A DNA stretch of 64,000 bases from Octopus sinensis (taxonomy: Eukaryota): positions 372,001 to 436,000 of the forward strand of contig NW_021832232.1 of assembly GCF_006345805.1 (NCBI RefSeq), written 5' to 3'. The first letter of the stretch is position 1. Each line of letters begins with the position of its first letter. The translations under genes were made by a program, and so were the position numbers. The notes beneath the pieces were generated by a model that saw only the letters and a list, made by a program, of their open reading frames with translations, was not told the origin of the DNA and made no database searches. Of this stretch, positions 34,776 through 48,385 are shown one piece after another.

Positions 34776-37700
34776 TCAAGATTTCCTCCGATTCTCTAAA
34801 TACGCTTTTCTCCACGCACAAATGGCTTCCCTTAAATCGTCAACTAAGGAAAAATAGCAATAAAATGTAAACCAGGTACAAGATCACTCTCTTGAAGAGG
34901 CAGTCGGGAAAAAGGATCTTGATTTGTATCCAAAATAATCCTTTCAATCACAGATTTCTCCAAAACATGTCCACTCGGCAGTCTCACAGGATAATCCATT
35001 ATACTAGAAGTAATAGGGTCAAACATAACAAATGTAAATCAAACCAAGATACTCGTCGGGTACATCTTCCTCGGGAATATCCTCAATAATCATAGTTTCT
35101 GACAATTTCTTCATCTCAGAATACATGGAATGCATATCATCCAACAATAATGAGTACATATTATTATCAAAAGACTCGACCATGCTTACTGCCATTCCAA
35201 AAATGGAAAGTCCTCTCGAGTCCTATTTAAAACACCACTAAAACCAAAACACAGACCGACATGGCCAGCATAAACTGTTTGCAATGAGTCAACGACACCA
35301 TCGAACGGCAGATAACAAGAATAAAATTATTCGGATCCCATTTAAAGGTCCCAGGATTAGAAATTTCGAGATCAGATTTATGCGGGCCAACCAGGGCATT
35401 CAAAAACGAAAGAAAAGAATTGGCCAAACGATCAAACAACTCTCCTGGTATTAAGAAAAAGAAATATGAAAATGTTTTCCTCAGCAACTTGAAATAACCA
35501 TGACTCAAATAGGTGACTGACCTCAAAGCAAACCCGATTTGTTCAAGCTCAGGTGTATCCTTCGAGTAAGTAAACACCACCTAACAGATATTTGCCGATT
35601 AATGTGGATCTCCCTAATTCGTTTAATCTTGGAAAAGCACTCCTCGACCATATAATTCACGTCGTTAAGCAATGCATGCACATATTTGAGAAATATACGG
35701 TCAGAACTATGCACTCAATCACAGACACTACTTTGCACGAACCAACTCCACAGTGGCATCTCTGTAGCCATATTCGTCCCAAACACTCATCAGAAACGTC
35801 CCAATATGAAAACGGTTATTGAACTTTTCATAAAACACCGAATCGTTATCCTGCTGCTGCTCAACGTCTGAAATTCACCCTGACTGACAAAAACCGTAGA
35901 AAAACTCCAAAAACGAAGGGATCAAATAACCAGGGACGGGATTGTCGGTCTCGAACAGTTCAGACATGATATTTTTATACTCAGTCGTGACCGAAAAGAA
36001 TTCGGTGATTCGATACGACAAATAAGGGTTATGTGTGAGGACATTTCTGTTACAAAACAAGTAGGCAATCCAATAATAAAGTGGCAATAACTTCTCGCAT
36101 AACAACCCACGATGTCTTTAATATAAATATTAAAATAAAACACCTCAAAAAAAAAATTGCAGCCGCAACCACGTCGTTGACATACCATTCGGGCAGTGCT
36201 GCAAATTCAGGAAAGCAAACGACATTTTCTTTGCTTAAAAGGGAAAACACAATAAATTTACGTGAAATTTTGAAATTTCGACATTTTTTTGAAAAAATAG
36301 ACGAATCTCTCAAGGAAGCCGGTCAACAATTCGTACAATCTGATGTTGAAAAGTGAAACACATATCGACAAGTTTTTCATTTTCAGTTTCTAAAATAAAA
36401 AGTTGAATTTACATGAATTTGGCGCTCGATTGGACTGCCTCGCTGAGAATGCTGAGGATGTGCCGAATAGTTCATAATTTTCGTCCCGTTTTCATCAAAT
36501 TTGGACTGAAGTGACACAAATCCAAGTCGGAACGCATAAGGAGCCATAAAAAACGCACGTGTTATAAAAGAAGGCTCATTCACAAACTTTTCTGTTGATT
36601 CTACGGAATAACCAGACTCAACACACCCGCCAAAAAAGCATCAGCAGTCCGTTGGTCCATGTTGATCGAAACATCGCCGAATGCGTCTCGGAGGAGATCG
36701 TACTTCGAAAACGGAAAGGAAAAGTCAACCTAAAGTCCTGATTCAGTCCAAACCTTCAAAATGGGGACTTTGGCAGAAATTGATAAACACACGTGCATAA
36801 TATTCAACATAAAATCGGACGAAGAGATCTTTGAGGAATCCGACTTTTAAAATAAAAAACAAGAAAAACCTGAATTTTTGAGAGAGATTTGTTATAAATG
36901 AGACTGCTCTCCAAAAACCGCAGGGTTTCTTCTCTACTTGTTCGATTACGTAATAAAGTTTCAATTATTTCGAATAAAAAGTCCTAAAACATGAAATATG
37001 CAAACTAAACTCGAATAGGGTTTATTTTCGAGTCGCAGTTCTCTGCTAGCAAGAGAGGGGTCATTTGCAAGTCGTGGTCTCTGATGTCGTCGTACTCAAC
37101 AGCAGGGACTGCAAAAAATGGCCCCAAGTAACTCATCGCTTCAAATTTATTGCCATCTGAAAATTCAGTAGTTCCAAAAAATCCAGGTAATTTCACAATC
37201 TATTAATATAATTTATTATGCAATAATTTAATTATTATTTAATAAATATTATAATATTTATTTGAATTTCAAGTCATGTGGTAGTTTAACAAACCTCTTC
37301 ACAAAACGGCTGAATCCCGGAAGAAGCTTTAAATAAAATCATTCTCTTTAAAGAAATAAAATGTGGATAAGTATCAATGATAGTACTGCACTGTGTCACC
37401 CCTGTTCTAACTGTATATAACATATTTCTAAGTATATCACCACCAGGCACGTTATCTAGAAATAAATCCAAATAAAACCTATTACATACTCCACTAATTC
37501 TACAAATATATAGTCGATTGTGTTTTGATCATATGTAAAAAAGTAAAACAGCTCATGTCCACTAAACGGGCTAAGAAATATATGTTTTGTCACACCTAAC
37601 TTTACATTCGATGATAAAACGGCGGTAAGATGGCCCAGGATTATATTTTTGAATTCAGATCCAATTGTTTTGAGTTCTGGGTGATTTATTTGTTTGCAGC

Positions 37701-37927
37701 GTTTAAAAGAGTCGAAAAGAAATTGATATTTAGAGGTTTCATATTCAAGATACCCGCCACTGATATAAGCATCTTGGTAGGTGTTGTATAGCTGGAATAG
37801 TATCAGTCCTTCGAGGTAACTAATTCGAGATATTTCTACATTTTTTAAATAGAATTTAACTATTTTCGACTGATAAATTAAATGGGAAGAATGTTTGTAG
37901 CCATTCAAGTTCGGCAGCCTGAAACAT
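34776..37927 (-). CDS. UFD2: U-box ubiquitin conjugation factor E4 (UFD2/UBE4 family)
   Basis: Spliced reading includes FAALPEWYVNDV, HNPYL, FYEKFNNRFHI, ALLNDVNY and the U-box FDPITSSIMDYPVRLPSG..DPFSRLPL; many 22-29 nt introns; UBE4A vs UBE4B not resolved. Confidence 0.9.
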
Positions 37928-38109
37928 CACCTAATGATATTCGTGTTTAATATTTATTTAATTATTAATATATAAAATTTTTAATTTAATTAATATCGAA
38001 AAAATATATTTTTTTTATATTTTGTAGTTCTTTTATTCAATTCTTCATTTACATACATCCAATGAAAAAATCTTCAGTATGTAAAACTCTTCCGGAAACA
38101 AATGATGTG

Positions 38110-38530
38110 CCGTGAGCGACGGTAGGAGGCTGACAAATGGGAACTGGGCAAACCAGATATTCATCACCTCTCTTTGGATTCGGAAAGCTGTATTGAAGAT
38201 TTGGAGGCTAATATTGATCAGCACGGACAGTTCCTTCAGAGCCCTGAGGGACCCCGCGAAGGACTGTTGCGACTTTATTTTAAAACTATTGGTTGGAAAA
38301 GAATTTTTAAGAATCTGGGGCCAATTTGAACAACATTATTCCAAGTCCGCTTGACCACCTAATTAAGAAAGATGGAAAAGGCTTCTTAGCCATTCAACAA
38401 AACCAACTGTCAAAAGACCATCATATGTCAATTAGCAACTAGAAGCACATCACCCCGATTCAATTCCTCTCGAAAACTGTTCCCCCCGTTCCCCACTTGC
38501 GTTGGGTCCAGAGTCCAAAATCTGAATAAG
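38110..38530 (-). mobile_element. Decayed LINE reverse transcriptase remnant
   Basis: GC-rich island; minus strand VLRGVPQGS and a LIDI..SFDS-like motif among stops. Confidence 0.45.
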
Positions 38531-38766
38531 CTGAGAAAGATCTTAAGGATTGTTGGAATCATTTAATTAATTACCCTAATTAACTGTTTGTGATTCTTGG
38601 GTTAAATAAAAATTCTTTGTAACTTGTTTATATAGGCACGAGATGTGTGTAATCTGTCTAAGATCCTGAGGTCAGAAAATGTATTTTTCTGCTTTAACGG
38701 TTTAAATATAAATATATTTTCTTTTAATTTAACAAAAAAATTAAATATTATAAGTTTTAAATTTAT

Positions 38767-39356
38767 ATGTCTAATGCGGATTATAATAATGAGAATTACC
38801 CCTACTGCATTGTCTGGACTCCAATCCCTATATTAAGGTAGTTTTAATGGATTAGTGCAGTTGGCTATTCCCTATAATCGGGCACGTGGGAATTTGTAAT
38901 TCTGTGGGAATAATCAACGACTTTAGTGCCTCGTTTACCATTTCTGTCAATGATATGGCATTTGGAAAGCCGACAAAGTATTTGTTCATTTTTTATTTAA
39001 GATTTGTTAAACTTAATCCAGATTTGACGAATGGAGATTTTAGTTGGGATGAAGCCGTAGAAAACGCGTCTGTTTATTACAAATCTCGATCAGTTTTTTT
39101 TAATTTGACGTTACTTTGTATAGCACAACCTAATTTTGATAATTGTCACAGTCATGTGGCATATGCACTTAATAAAATGAAGTACAACAACAAGTCAAAT
39201 TACACAATGTTTCACGTCGAATGTCTGTTATTGAGGTATTCAAGATATGTAAGGTTGACATTTTTATTTTTATGTAGTTTTGTTGGTTTTTTAAAAAGTT
39301 GGGGTGGATTTTTTTTCTTGTGGGGCATTATTATTTGTATTATTTTAATCGCCTGA
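38767..39356 (+). CDS. TMEM222: Transmembrane protein 222 (DUF778/RTE1-like)
   Basis: [50 protein letters not shown].ALN; four micro-introns; apparent 1-nt deficit near 39134. Confidence 0.9.
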
Positions 39357-39480
39357 TTTTTGATAATTCTAATAGTTTCTTTAATTGATTCAATGAATAA
39401 CATTTTTCAATAATTCGATAATCTAAATCAGCTGTCTCATTCTTTTCCGCTTTTAGTTTTTATTGCATGATGGTGTAGAG

Positions 39481-42292
39481 CCTGAGGTTTCCAATGGGGA
39501 GGCGCGCCTCCCTAGGGAGGCGTTGACTCTGTCAAGGGAGGCGCGAAAAGTATTTCAGAAACATTTTTTGAGAAAATTATATCTATGTAAAAAACGTGAC
39601 TATATTCCGATAATAAGAGTTATTAATTTAAAAATTATATTTTTTTTCAAAAATTTATTTAATTTATTAGACAATTAAATAATTTTAACACACATGAATA
39701 AATCTTGAGTGGTTGCAAAAGAAAATTCACGAATAATAAAGATTTTGACGATGGTTCAAAAAATCAAAATGATTGGAATATAATCAATACCACTCCAAAG
39801 ACAAGAAAATACTTTCCATCTTACTTATTGTTAGGATTCACACGTATCTTTGTTGTTCTATGGAAAACCCCTCTGTTTGCTTTGCCTCAAAACACTTGCA
39901 GCAGCAGATAGTATGAGGCCATGCAAATTAAGAAGACATTTTGAAACGATGCATTCTGAACATGTCCATAAGTCTGAAGAATTTTTTAAAAGAAAATTAG
40001 AAGAGTTTGATAACCAAACGAAATCGTTAAAAAAACTTGTTTCTTCTGTCTCTTCAAATGCTTTACTAGCATCGTACAAAGTTTCTTACAGGATTGCAAA
40101 TGCAAGAAACCGCACAATATCGGAGAAACTCTAGTTTTGCCAGCAGCTATCGATATGGTTGAAGCAATGTTTGGCGAATCGGTACTTTTGTCGAAGTGGT
40201 CGCAGTTTTTTAGAAGATAATTAAAATTAATTAATTTTTTTAGTGAAAAATAGATTATTTAATTTATACCTCTATCAATAATTTAAATGGTTATTAAAAT
40301 TATTTAAAAATTTATTTAACCAATTAGTCATTTTAGTACGCGGCATCCAAATTCCAGGACTGTAGAAGGAATTTATGTCTTTTACAATCTGTGCAAAAGA
40401 TTCCTTATAGTTCTGTATTTGTTTTCGCCCATAAATTCTGAAAAAATAACTAACTAAAAAAACCTGCGAAATAAGATCCCAGATGATGTCTTACAGCTCC
40501 TCTTTGAGCTTTATTCTTGCATTTTGCACTTCCCCACATTCGTTTCTACTGTCTGGGTGTGCACTCCCGTCGTTGGATCCACAAAGAATTTTCTGAATAT
40601 ATATATTTCCTTACTTTGGTTAACGGTTCGTGTGTGTAGCCGTTTTCAACCAATTGATCAGTTGATACCCTAAATGTTAATCAAATAATGCTAACCTTTC
40701 CAGCAGTCACTATAAATAATGCTTCCCACCTCGACATATCGAATTACTAGACTGAGCAGTGTTTCTCTGCTCCTATCCGCGACTGGTTGCAGAAAACACT
40801 GTTTGGTGGCTCGACAAATACCACCGAAGACCCACTGTTTTGGTAAAACTCTTCCAGAGTTGTTTTTCCGTTTGGAAAACATACTCTCGTCTACCCCCAC
40901 AATCATCATACCAGGACCACCTGAAATAACATTAATAATACCAATTTTTGCCGTCAGATCTTTAACAAGTGCGTCCACACAGACTTCACGTAAAAACATA
41001 GCCCAATCGACATATGTATGTTCACCCCAATTGTATTCGTGATGAAGCCATTTGAAGGTATGCCTATCGTAACTCCATAAGTATATGTAGGCGATGACAT
41101 CCTCAAATGGCAATCTACAATTCTCTAACCAGGTATCTAGAATTATTTGAGAGAAATTATACCTTTTTTAATAGAACATTGGACTCTACAACCAACTCTG
41201 AGCATTTCCAATTGAGCTTCGGTCCCAAGACTAATTCCATCTGATGTCCCTTCGGACATATACGTGATTTTGAAAGGATATCCACATTTTGCAGAAAATG
41301 CACTGCATCCTCCTTACTTATTGGGAGCTGTCGGAATTTGATGTTGCATAAGTCCACAACAGAATTTTCCATGTGACCTATAGTGCCAGTTTATATCAAT
41401 ATTAGGTACATGCTCGCCATAATATTAAAAAAATTAGAAATAAATTAGTAAAAATTTAATAATATTTTAATTATTGATAGAGCGACTTAAATAAAATATA
41501 ATATATTCCACCTCAAAAATTATTAGATTTTTTAAAAGGCCTACAAAAACTGCGACCACTTCGACAAAGTACCCGGCGACCTATGCAAAACAATTACAGC
41601 AAATACCGCTTGCTGATAACACAGTCGCTAGAAGAATTGATGACATATCTGAAGATCTTTGTGATCAGTTGGTTTCTCGACTACGTAACTGTAAATTTGC
41701 TATACAATTGATGAGGGAGCTGACATAAATAAAAATGCACATTTAATTGCATATGTCCAGATATGCTGAAGAAAGTACAATAATAGAAGATCTATTATTC
41801 TGCAAACCATTTCTGGAAGGAGCACGGCCAATGAAATTTTTAATATAATTGATACTTTTTTTGAAGAAATAACATAGAATGGATCATTGTGTTGGACTTT
41901 GTACAGACGGAGCACAGTCAATGTCAGGAAATAAATCTGGTCTTCAAGCTCTTGTAAAAAACAGAGCACCAGAAATTATCTGGACGCAAGTTTTGTTGCC
42001 ATTTGCTACTTCATATTTATGCGAAACTGGAATTTTCTGCACTAGCTGCAATTAAATCTAAATATCGAACTCGTTTAGTAGTGACTAATGAGCTAAGAGT
42101 AGCACTCTCTGCGATGACACCAAGATTTGAAAAACTTTGCGCCAATTGGAAAAAAATTATCTCATTAACTTTTTGTTTTAAAAATTGTTTTTGATAAATA
42201 ATAATTGTATTATATTATGGAATATAAAGGGAGGCGCAAGATTGTACTTTTTCTCAAAGGGAGGCGCGTAAAAAAAAGCTTGGAAACCTCTG
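39481..42292 (+). mobile_element. hAT (Buster/ZBED8-like) transposon, internally deleted, with nested Merlin
   Basis: 8-bp TSD gtgtagag (39473-39480, 42293-42300); TIR ..gaggtttccaa / ttggaaacctctg; subterminal GGGAGGCG repeats; BED finger PLCLLC..KLRRHFETMH; IPLADNTVARRI. Confidence 0.88.
40181..41573 (-). mobile_element. Merlin (IS1595-like DDE) transposon, frameshifted
   Basis: TIR ggtacttttgtcgaagtggtcgcag; KIGGPG..VDESMFSKRK, QWVFGG, IYSDCWKG; interrupts the hAT codons GES-YAK with a degenerate TSD ggcgaatc / ggcga--c. Confidence 0.92.
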
Positions 42293-43088
42293 GTGTAGAG
42301 CCTGAAAAGTAATTAGAAAGGATCCTTTATAAATTTTTTTTAGTTTTTTGATGGTGGCATTGGAGTGCAAAAGGTCTTCTATTCTACATATTTGTTGAAA
42401 CATTTCTTTATTAACGATATTTTAAGAAGATTAGGAAAGTTTTAACTTTCATTTTTTCAGAAATAGCTCTGATGTGTTAAATAATTAAGGACATAAATAT
42501 AGTTTAAACACCTTTTAGCTTATTTATTGAGACTTATGCATGGTATTAGGCTTACATATGAGATTACAGAGGTTATTAAGTTTCAAGAGATGAATAATTA
42601 GTGTCGGTTTAAATTAAATGCTCTTCTACATGAAATTAAGATTCCCGTGACATCGGTTGGGTTAATCAATGAGAAAGCAAATTTAATAGAGAAAAAAACG
42701 ATTAGCATAAAATCAAGAATGATGTTATTTTTATCAATAAAAAATTATATTTTCATTTTAGCGACCGAGATGATGCAAAAGAAAGCTTAAAAATGATAAT
42801 AAATGTTTTTCTATTTTTTTCTTTAAGAACAGTTGAGATTGTGTTAAAAATAAGAGTTTGTTGACTGAAATGAGCGAATGGTTGTTTTTTCCGTATTGTT
42901 ATTACTAAATAACTCTTTATAACCAACCGCATGACACCATTGTAGTAAATATTACATAGAATCCTATATTGTGAGTAAAGTTCGTAAATTTCAGATTGAG
43001 TTTAATTAGAACTTATATTTTTTATTCTCAAATTAGAATTATGTGAACAACAAAAAAATTAAAATGTCTTTTAAAGGTTAATTAAAAA

Positions 43089-44097
43089 TCAGATAGAAGC
43101 ATTTTCTGTATTATTTCTTGAGTAAGAAATTGACTTTGTTTGAAGAGTTCTAATCTTTGAAAGAGAATTAGATTTAGACCATTTCACAATTCTTAAAGAG
43201 AAAAAAGTGATGGAAATAAACGTTATTGTAAAATATCCAAGCAGACAGATATTTTTCCATTTAAAAATATTTACATCATGAAAGTTGAAATGATGTTGTA
43301 TAAGCAAGTTCAGAATCTGATATGGGATCGATAAAAAAAATGTAAGACATAAAACAAGTATGATCAGACTATGTATTTTTCTTTTATTTTTTTCGTCGTT
43401 TGTTAATGCATAATGAAGCACCAAGGTGGCAGGTTTCACTTCAATTTGTTTTTTTCTGAGCAACCAGATACAGATTAATTCGACAATCATGGATAGATAT
43501 GGAATGTATATAAATATTGTGTTTAGAATTTGGGGATAAATATTTTTAAAGAAGTTCGTCTTTCCAATACAATTTGGTTTAATCTACAAATTGATCGAAT
43601 TTTACTAAACTACCATTAATGTGTTTTTATAGAGTATCTTCGTTTCCACTATATGAAAGGAAAAGAATTTTGGCAATATGAGGAAGAATCCCAGTGAATA
43701 AATCATTACAATTATTAATTTGGCTGTGAATTTATTAATTGCTGAATATATGTTCATTCTGATTGCAGCAATGTATTGAGCTGTACCAACTACAATTAGC
43801 CACAACATTAATGCAAAAATGTATTCTGATATGAAATAACAGTATTTTTGCAATAAAATTGTATTTTTAGAGTCGTTAAAGCCTTTTAATCGTGATAAAC
43901 ATAAGAATACAAATAATTTTAGCGATGATATAAACTCCACCATTAATTGCATGGAGAAATCCCAATCCCAGATAGTGCATCCAAAATTCTTTCTTATGAA
44001 ATTTAAGAGTTCTCCCAAAAGTTATGAGTGATGTTAGTCCAAAAACCATGTTCATCAAAATAAGATTTATTTGTACATAATTCCAAGCTGCTTCCAT
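43089..44097 (-). CDS. Divergent rhodopsin-class GPCR (peptide-receptor-like)
   Basis: Three exons joined by 28- and 30-nt introns; about 7 hydrophobic segments; TM3 C..LWL.V..AQYIAA; TM4 AKLII..LILPKFF; TM6 FFLSIPY. Confidence 0.65.
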
Positions 44098-44699
44098 GAA
44101 TTCTCTATAAGCGTCTAAAATAAGCAAATATATGCCTCATAATTAATATTCCTGTATATTAAATAGTTCCAGATTGATAATTAGAAATGATTTGTAAAAT
44201 TACATTATAATTATGCATCAAAAATTTTATCTACACAAAATGACTTATCCTATCATTCACTAATAAAAGTGTTTTATTAAACAAATCTTTATTCACAACT
44301 AAAAAGCTTAAGCTAACTTTTCGTGTATTTTGAAGTAAAAAATCATTTTTTACAAAAAATATATCTTCAATACGAGTAAATCAGTTAATCTTATTGTATT
44401 TAATCAAATTAATAAATCAATTTCCCAGACCTACAAAATAAAGATCAAGGCAAGCCTGAAAAGCCTTTACACTTACGGAGGGCTGAACTAGAAAGAATTT
44501 TTCAGCTCCTACGAACATTGAAACCCTCTTGCACTAAAATGGACGAAGATATATTGCAATTGCGGAGATCAGGGCTACACGTTCAAGGTGCAATTAGACG
44601 GACTCATGTAGGAAAAATCGGGCAAAGATGAGGATATTTTTGAAACTTGTTTAGATCATTGACTTTATTTGTTCCGTTTCTCGTGTTTCATTTGGGGAA

Positions 44700-45365
44700 T
44701 AAGGAGAAATAAACTTAATCTCGTTATTTTATCACTTCCACTGTTGCAAAATAGTTCCACATTTGTTGTATTTATCATTGACGAAATCATCTTTGAAATT
44801 TACAGATTTCTAAAATAGAATTTACAAAAGTCACCTGTCTGCGGTCGTACGAATCGTGAAAGTCCTTGCATTCATAATGAAACTTGTTGAGTTCAAAATA
44901 TGCATGTGGAACTTTTTTGGTGTAAGAAATTTGTCTAAACGTGAGTATGCAAATATAAACCAAGTATAAATTCATTTATTATTGGTGAATCGATGACCGC
45001 CAAAATCCCACCAATGTTACGACAGTAATGACGGACATCTGAATATTTCTCAGGATATTTTTTCAAGAGAGTAGCATTTTTATCGAGACAGATGTTGTGT
45101 TCTGAAATTAAAAACAAAGTATAACCAGGGAATTCGCATAAAAATGCCATTTTCGTTAAACAAGTATTGTCGTTCCATTCCCCATTGGTGTGGTACATGT
45201 GAACGCAATTCTCATTTCCGTTATTATTACTTGGTTGTCCTTTGTCCTAGTTAAAAAATTTCTGACAAATAAATAATGCATCACACTTGTTGGTATCCGT
45301 AACTGTTTATGAACTGGCCTTCTCTTTTATGTCATTTATTCATATATAAATGTAGTTGTATACCA
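44700..45365 (-). pseudogene. Third, diverged C-type lectin copy (partial, disrupted)
   Basis: MYHTNGEWNDNTCLTKMAFLCEFPG nearly identical to copies 1 and 2; frameshifts, in-frame TAG, 5' exons missing. Confidence 0.85.
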
Positions 45366-45461
45366 TTGACTTGAAAGTGTTTATTTTAGTAGAAATGAAT
45401 CACAAGTTGATGAATAAAAGATTATATTTTCAATGTTGGGGAGTTGAATTTGAAATCACTA

Positions 45462-47327
45462 CAGTCAAGCCCCTTTAAACCGATTCCTTTCGAAACCGAC
45501 AGAACTGTCCGGTATAGAGTGGAGGCCGGTAAATTGAACAAGTCATTAAATTTGCTTATAACAAAAAAATAAAACAGTAAAATTATAGAAATCTGTCAAT
45601 AAGGATTGGCTCTTATTTAGCTTCAATTCAGCAATTTGTTTATTGTTCAGATAGATCAGTCTGATGACAGAATCAGTGTAAGTAAAGTGGCAGATTTGGT
45701 CTAGCATTTTATCTGTGCGTTTTCATTTCTCTATATGTTTTGGCTCTGTTTGCTTATCAAAATCTGAGTCTCTATCATTATCTTCAGAAGCTGAGACTGT
45801 TTGGTATTGCGTATTAACCTTTTTCAGGATTGTCGTTTATATCATATATTTTGACTGGAATGTCACACTTATTAGTAGAGCAGAGGGAGATTTTGTTTGA
45901 TTTCACGTTTAGCAAACATGTGCTAATCCACCAGGTAGCATCTAAGAGAAAATCAGTAGTAGTTTTCTTTAAAGAACTGAATTATTCCACGATCCAGATG
46001 TTGTATGATACTCGTAGTATTAGCTGGAATAAATTTGAGTTCCACGTTGAACTATTTTACGTTTGGTAAATGTGATGCTGCATTATCTAAAAACATAAAC
46101 ATTTTTCGTTTTTGCCGCATCATCTGCATGTTCACATCTTGTAACCATTTTGAAAACAATTTCGATGTCATCAAACCTTTGACGTTGGAGCAGTAAATAA
46201 CGGGATTAACATAATCCTCATTCAAATTAATATTCTTAAAACATCAGGTTTTTGAGACTTGTCAATTACAATTGACTTTAACTTTTCTCTCGTCAAACTG
46301 AATGCAAGCATCATAGTAAAACTTTCTTTTGATTTCTTAATCCAATGTAATGACTACCCTTTACTGAGTGTTTTATCAGGGAGGGCACAAAATAATAGTC
46401 CGGTTTCGTCGCAGTTAAAGATATCCTTTTGTTGATATCCCTCAATTAGAAAATATACATGTTCCATCCAGTCAGAAACAACATTATTTTAAACATTTGC
46501 TTTTTCACCACTGATACAGTACAACTGAATTGAGTAACGGGACTTCCATTTGCATAACCACCCAGTAGAAGCTTGACAATCATTTTCGCCCAGTGCTTTA
46601 GCAAACTCTGTAGCTTTTGCGATAATAATTAATCCGGATAAACAAAAGTTTTTGGAGCGTGCTATTTAGAACCACTTCCAAGTGATTTCAAATTTATAAT
46701 TGTTTTCAAAACGTTTTTTTGCTCAATTTTTGTTGCTATTGAATAATTTCAAATAAATATAAGCCTTTTTAAGTATGTCTGATACAGTGTCCATCCAACT
46801 CCATACTTCTTGTTAAGAAATTTTTGTGTCGGCTTTAGTGTTTAGATCGATTCATTTATTATTTGAATTTTCTTTAAAAACAATCCGCATCGTAATCATT
46901 TTCTTTGCAAAGCTATCATTTTTTAGGTTAGGTTGGGTTATCCATTTAAGTCGTGTCCGACCCTTAGGAATCCCATAAACCGATTTTCTTCACCCCTCCC
47001 AATAATTCGCAATTTTGAGAATCTTTGATGAAGCCAATCACGTGACGTCTTCTACTGTTGATAGCCATCGGCCGACTGGGACTTCGCTTTTTGATTTCCA
47101 ATCTATAGTCACCATTCCAATTAATTAGGCATCCATAAAAGGCAACATTATTGTAACTTTCTATTTTCTTATTTCCAACTTTTGTTCCATTATTCCATTA
47201 TTAGGAGTCGTGATTATTTTAATCTTACTGACATTTAGCAGTAAACCAAAGAGTGCGTTCTCTTCTCCGAATTTCAGTCAAGTTTGGACCACAAAGTACG
47301 AAAAATCGGTTTTAAGGAATTCGACAG
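45462..47327 (-). mobile_element. Second pogo/Tigger element (decayed)
   Basis: Manual translation ASTGWLCKWK, DIFNCDETGL, VELKFIPANTTSIIQHLDRGII; TA-flanked TIR cagtcaagcccctttaaaccgat with a degenerate partner ending at 47327. Confidence 0.72.
46920..47285 (-). mobile_element. RTE-like LINE 3' fragment nested in pogo
   Basis: 3' end ..GIPKGRTRLK with (aacct)n tail, typical of RTE termini. Confidence 0.55.
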
Positions 47328-47560
47328 TAAACTAAAATTTTAGCAAAAATCGATGAAATTTTCTTAATAGAATTTATTAACAACATTTTCGAATTAATAA
47401 TACTTTTCCCCACTGAATAACAAATATCACTAATTAAAAAAATCAACGAAAAATTAAGCAATAGTCGTTTATAAGTATTAGCACCGGCGATCTCATCGGT
47501 CACGAAAAAGCATGTTTAGCATAAAAGGTCAAATACCAGGACAATTATCTCCATTTTGTT

Positions 47561-47740
47561 TTATTGCAAGCGGTCACACAAAATGTCGAGATTCTCTCCA
47601 TCTTTAAGGCGCTTCTCAATGCTTTTTTGATCATCGTCGAGGAAAATCGGCAATATTGTCTTTGGTGGGCCTTTGAGGCATGGTGTGTTCAAGGAAAAGT
47701 GATTGTCCATGGGAAAGTTCTTGGAGGCATCCAAATTCAT
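47561..47740 (-). CDS. Possible small protein (59 aa) head-to-head with NIFK
   Basis: ATG-to-TAA ORF MNLDASKNFPMD..LCDRLQ, GC-richer than its flanks; no homology recognised. Confidence 0.3.
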   Translation of the reverse strand: MNLDASKNFPMDNHFSLNTPCLKGPPKTILPIFLDDDQKSIEKRLKDGENLDILCDRLQ

Positions 47741-47873
47741 TTTGAGGATATTACCAAATTTAATTTTTTGTTTGATTAAATATTAATTTTAGTTATTTAT
47801 AAATTCAAATTAAAACACGTTTTATTAAGTTTCTTTTACTCTCTTGTGGTTATTTATTATAAATTAGATTCCT

Positions 47874-48385
47874 ATGAATAAAGAAATAGTATACATCAGC
47901 CATCTTCCTAATGGATTTTTTGAACCACAAATTAAAAAGTTCTTCGAGCAATTTGGAAATATCCGTAGAATGCGCTTATCTCGAAGTAAAAAGGTAAATT
48001 TTTTATTCTTTTTTCAGACAGGAAATTCACGAGGCTATGCTTTTGTCGAGTTCACATACGACAAAATTGCTGCAATTGCTGCAAAGTCGATGAATAACTA
48101 TTTCCTTGCAGATCGGATTTTAAAATGTATAATTTTATAAGTTTTAATTATAGCTCGAACTGTTGAGCTTAATGGCAAATACGAAAACGTGTTCAAGGGC
48201 TGTAATAGACGTTTTCTCAAACCAACCTCGATCCGAAGATAATTATGTCTAAAGCTGACAAAAAATCTCCCGAAAATATTAAAAAATCGAAAAATCGGCT
48301 TTTAAGGAAAAACAAGAAACGGAACGATCGTATTGCTCAGTCTGGGATTGATTATAGTTTTAATGATGAGCCTAGACTTGTTTAA
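47874..48385 (+). CDS. NIFK: RRM nucleolar protein NIFK/Nop15
   Basis: IVYISHLPNGFFEPQIKKFFEQFG..RLSRSKKTGNSRGYAFVEF..AAKSMNNY; C-terminal GIDYSF; apparent 1-nt frameshift near 48236. Confidence 0.9.
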
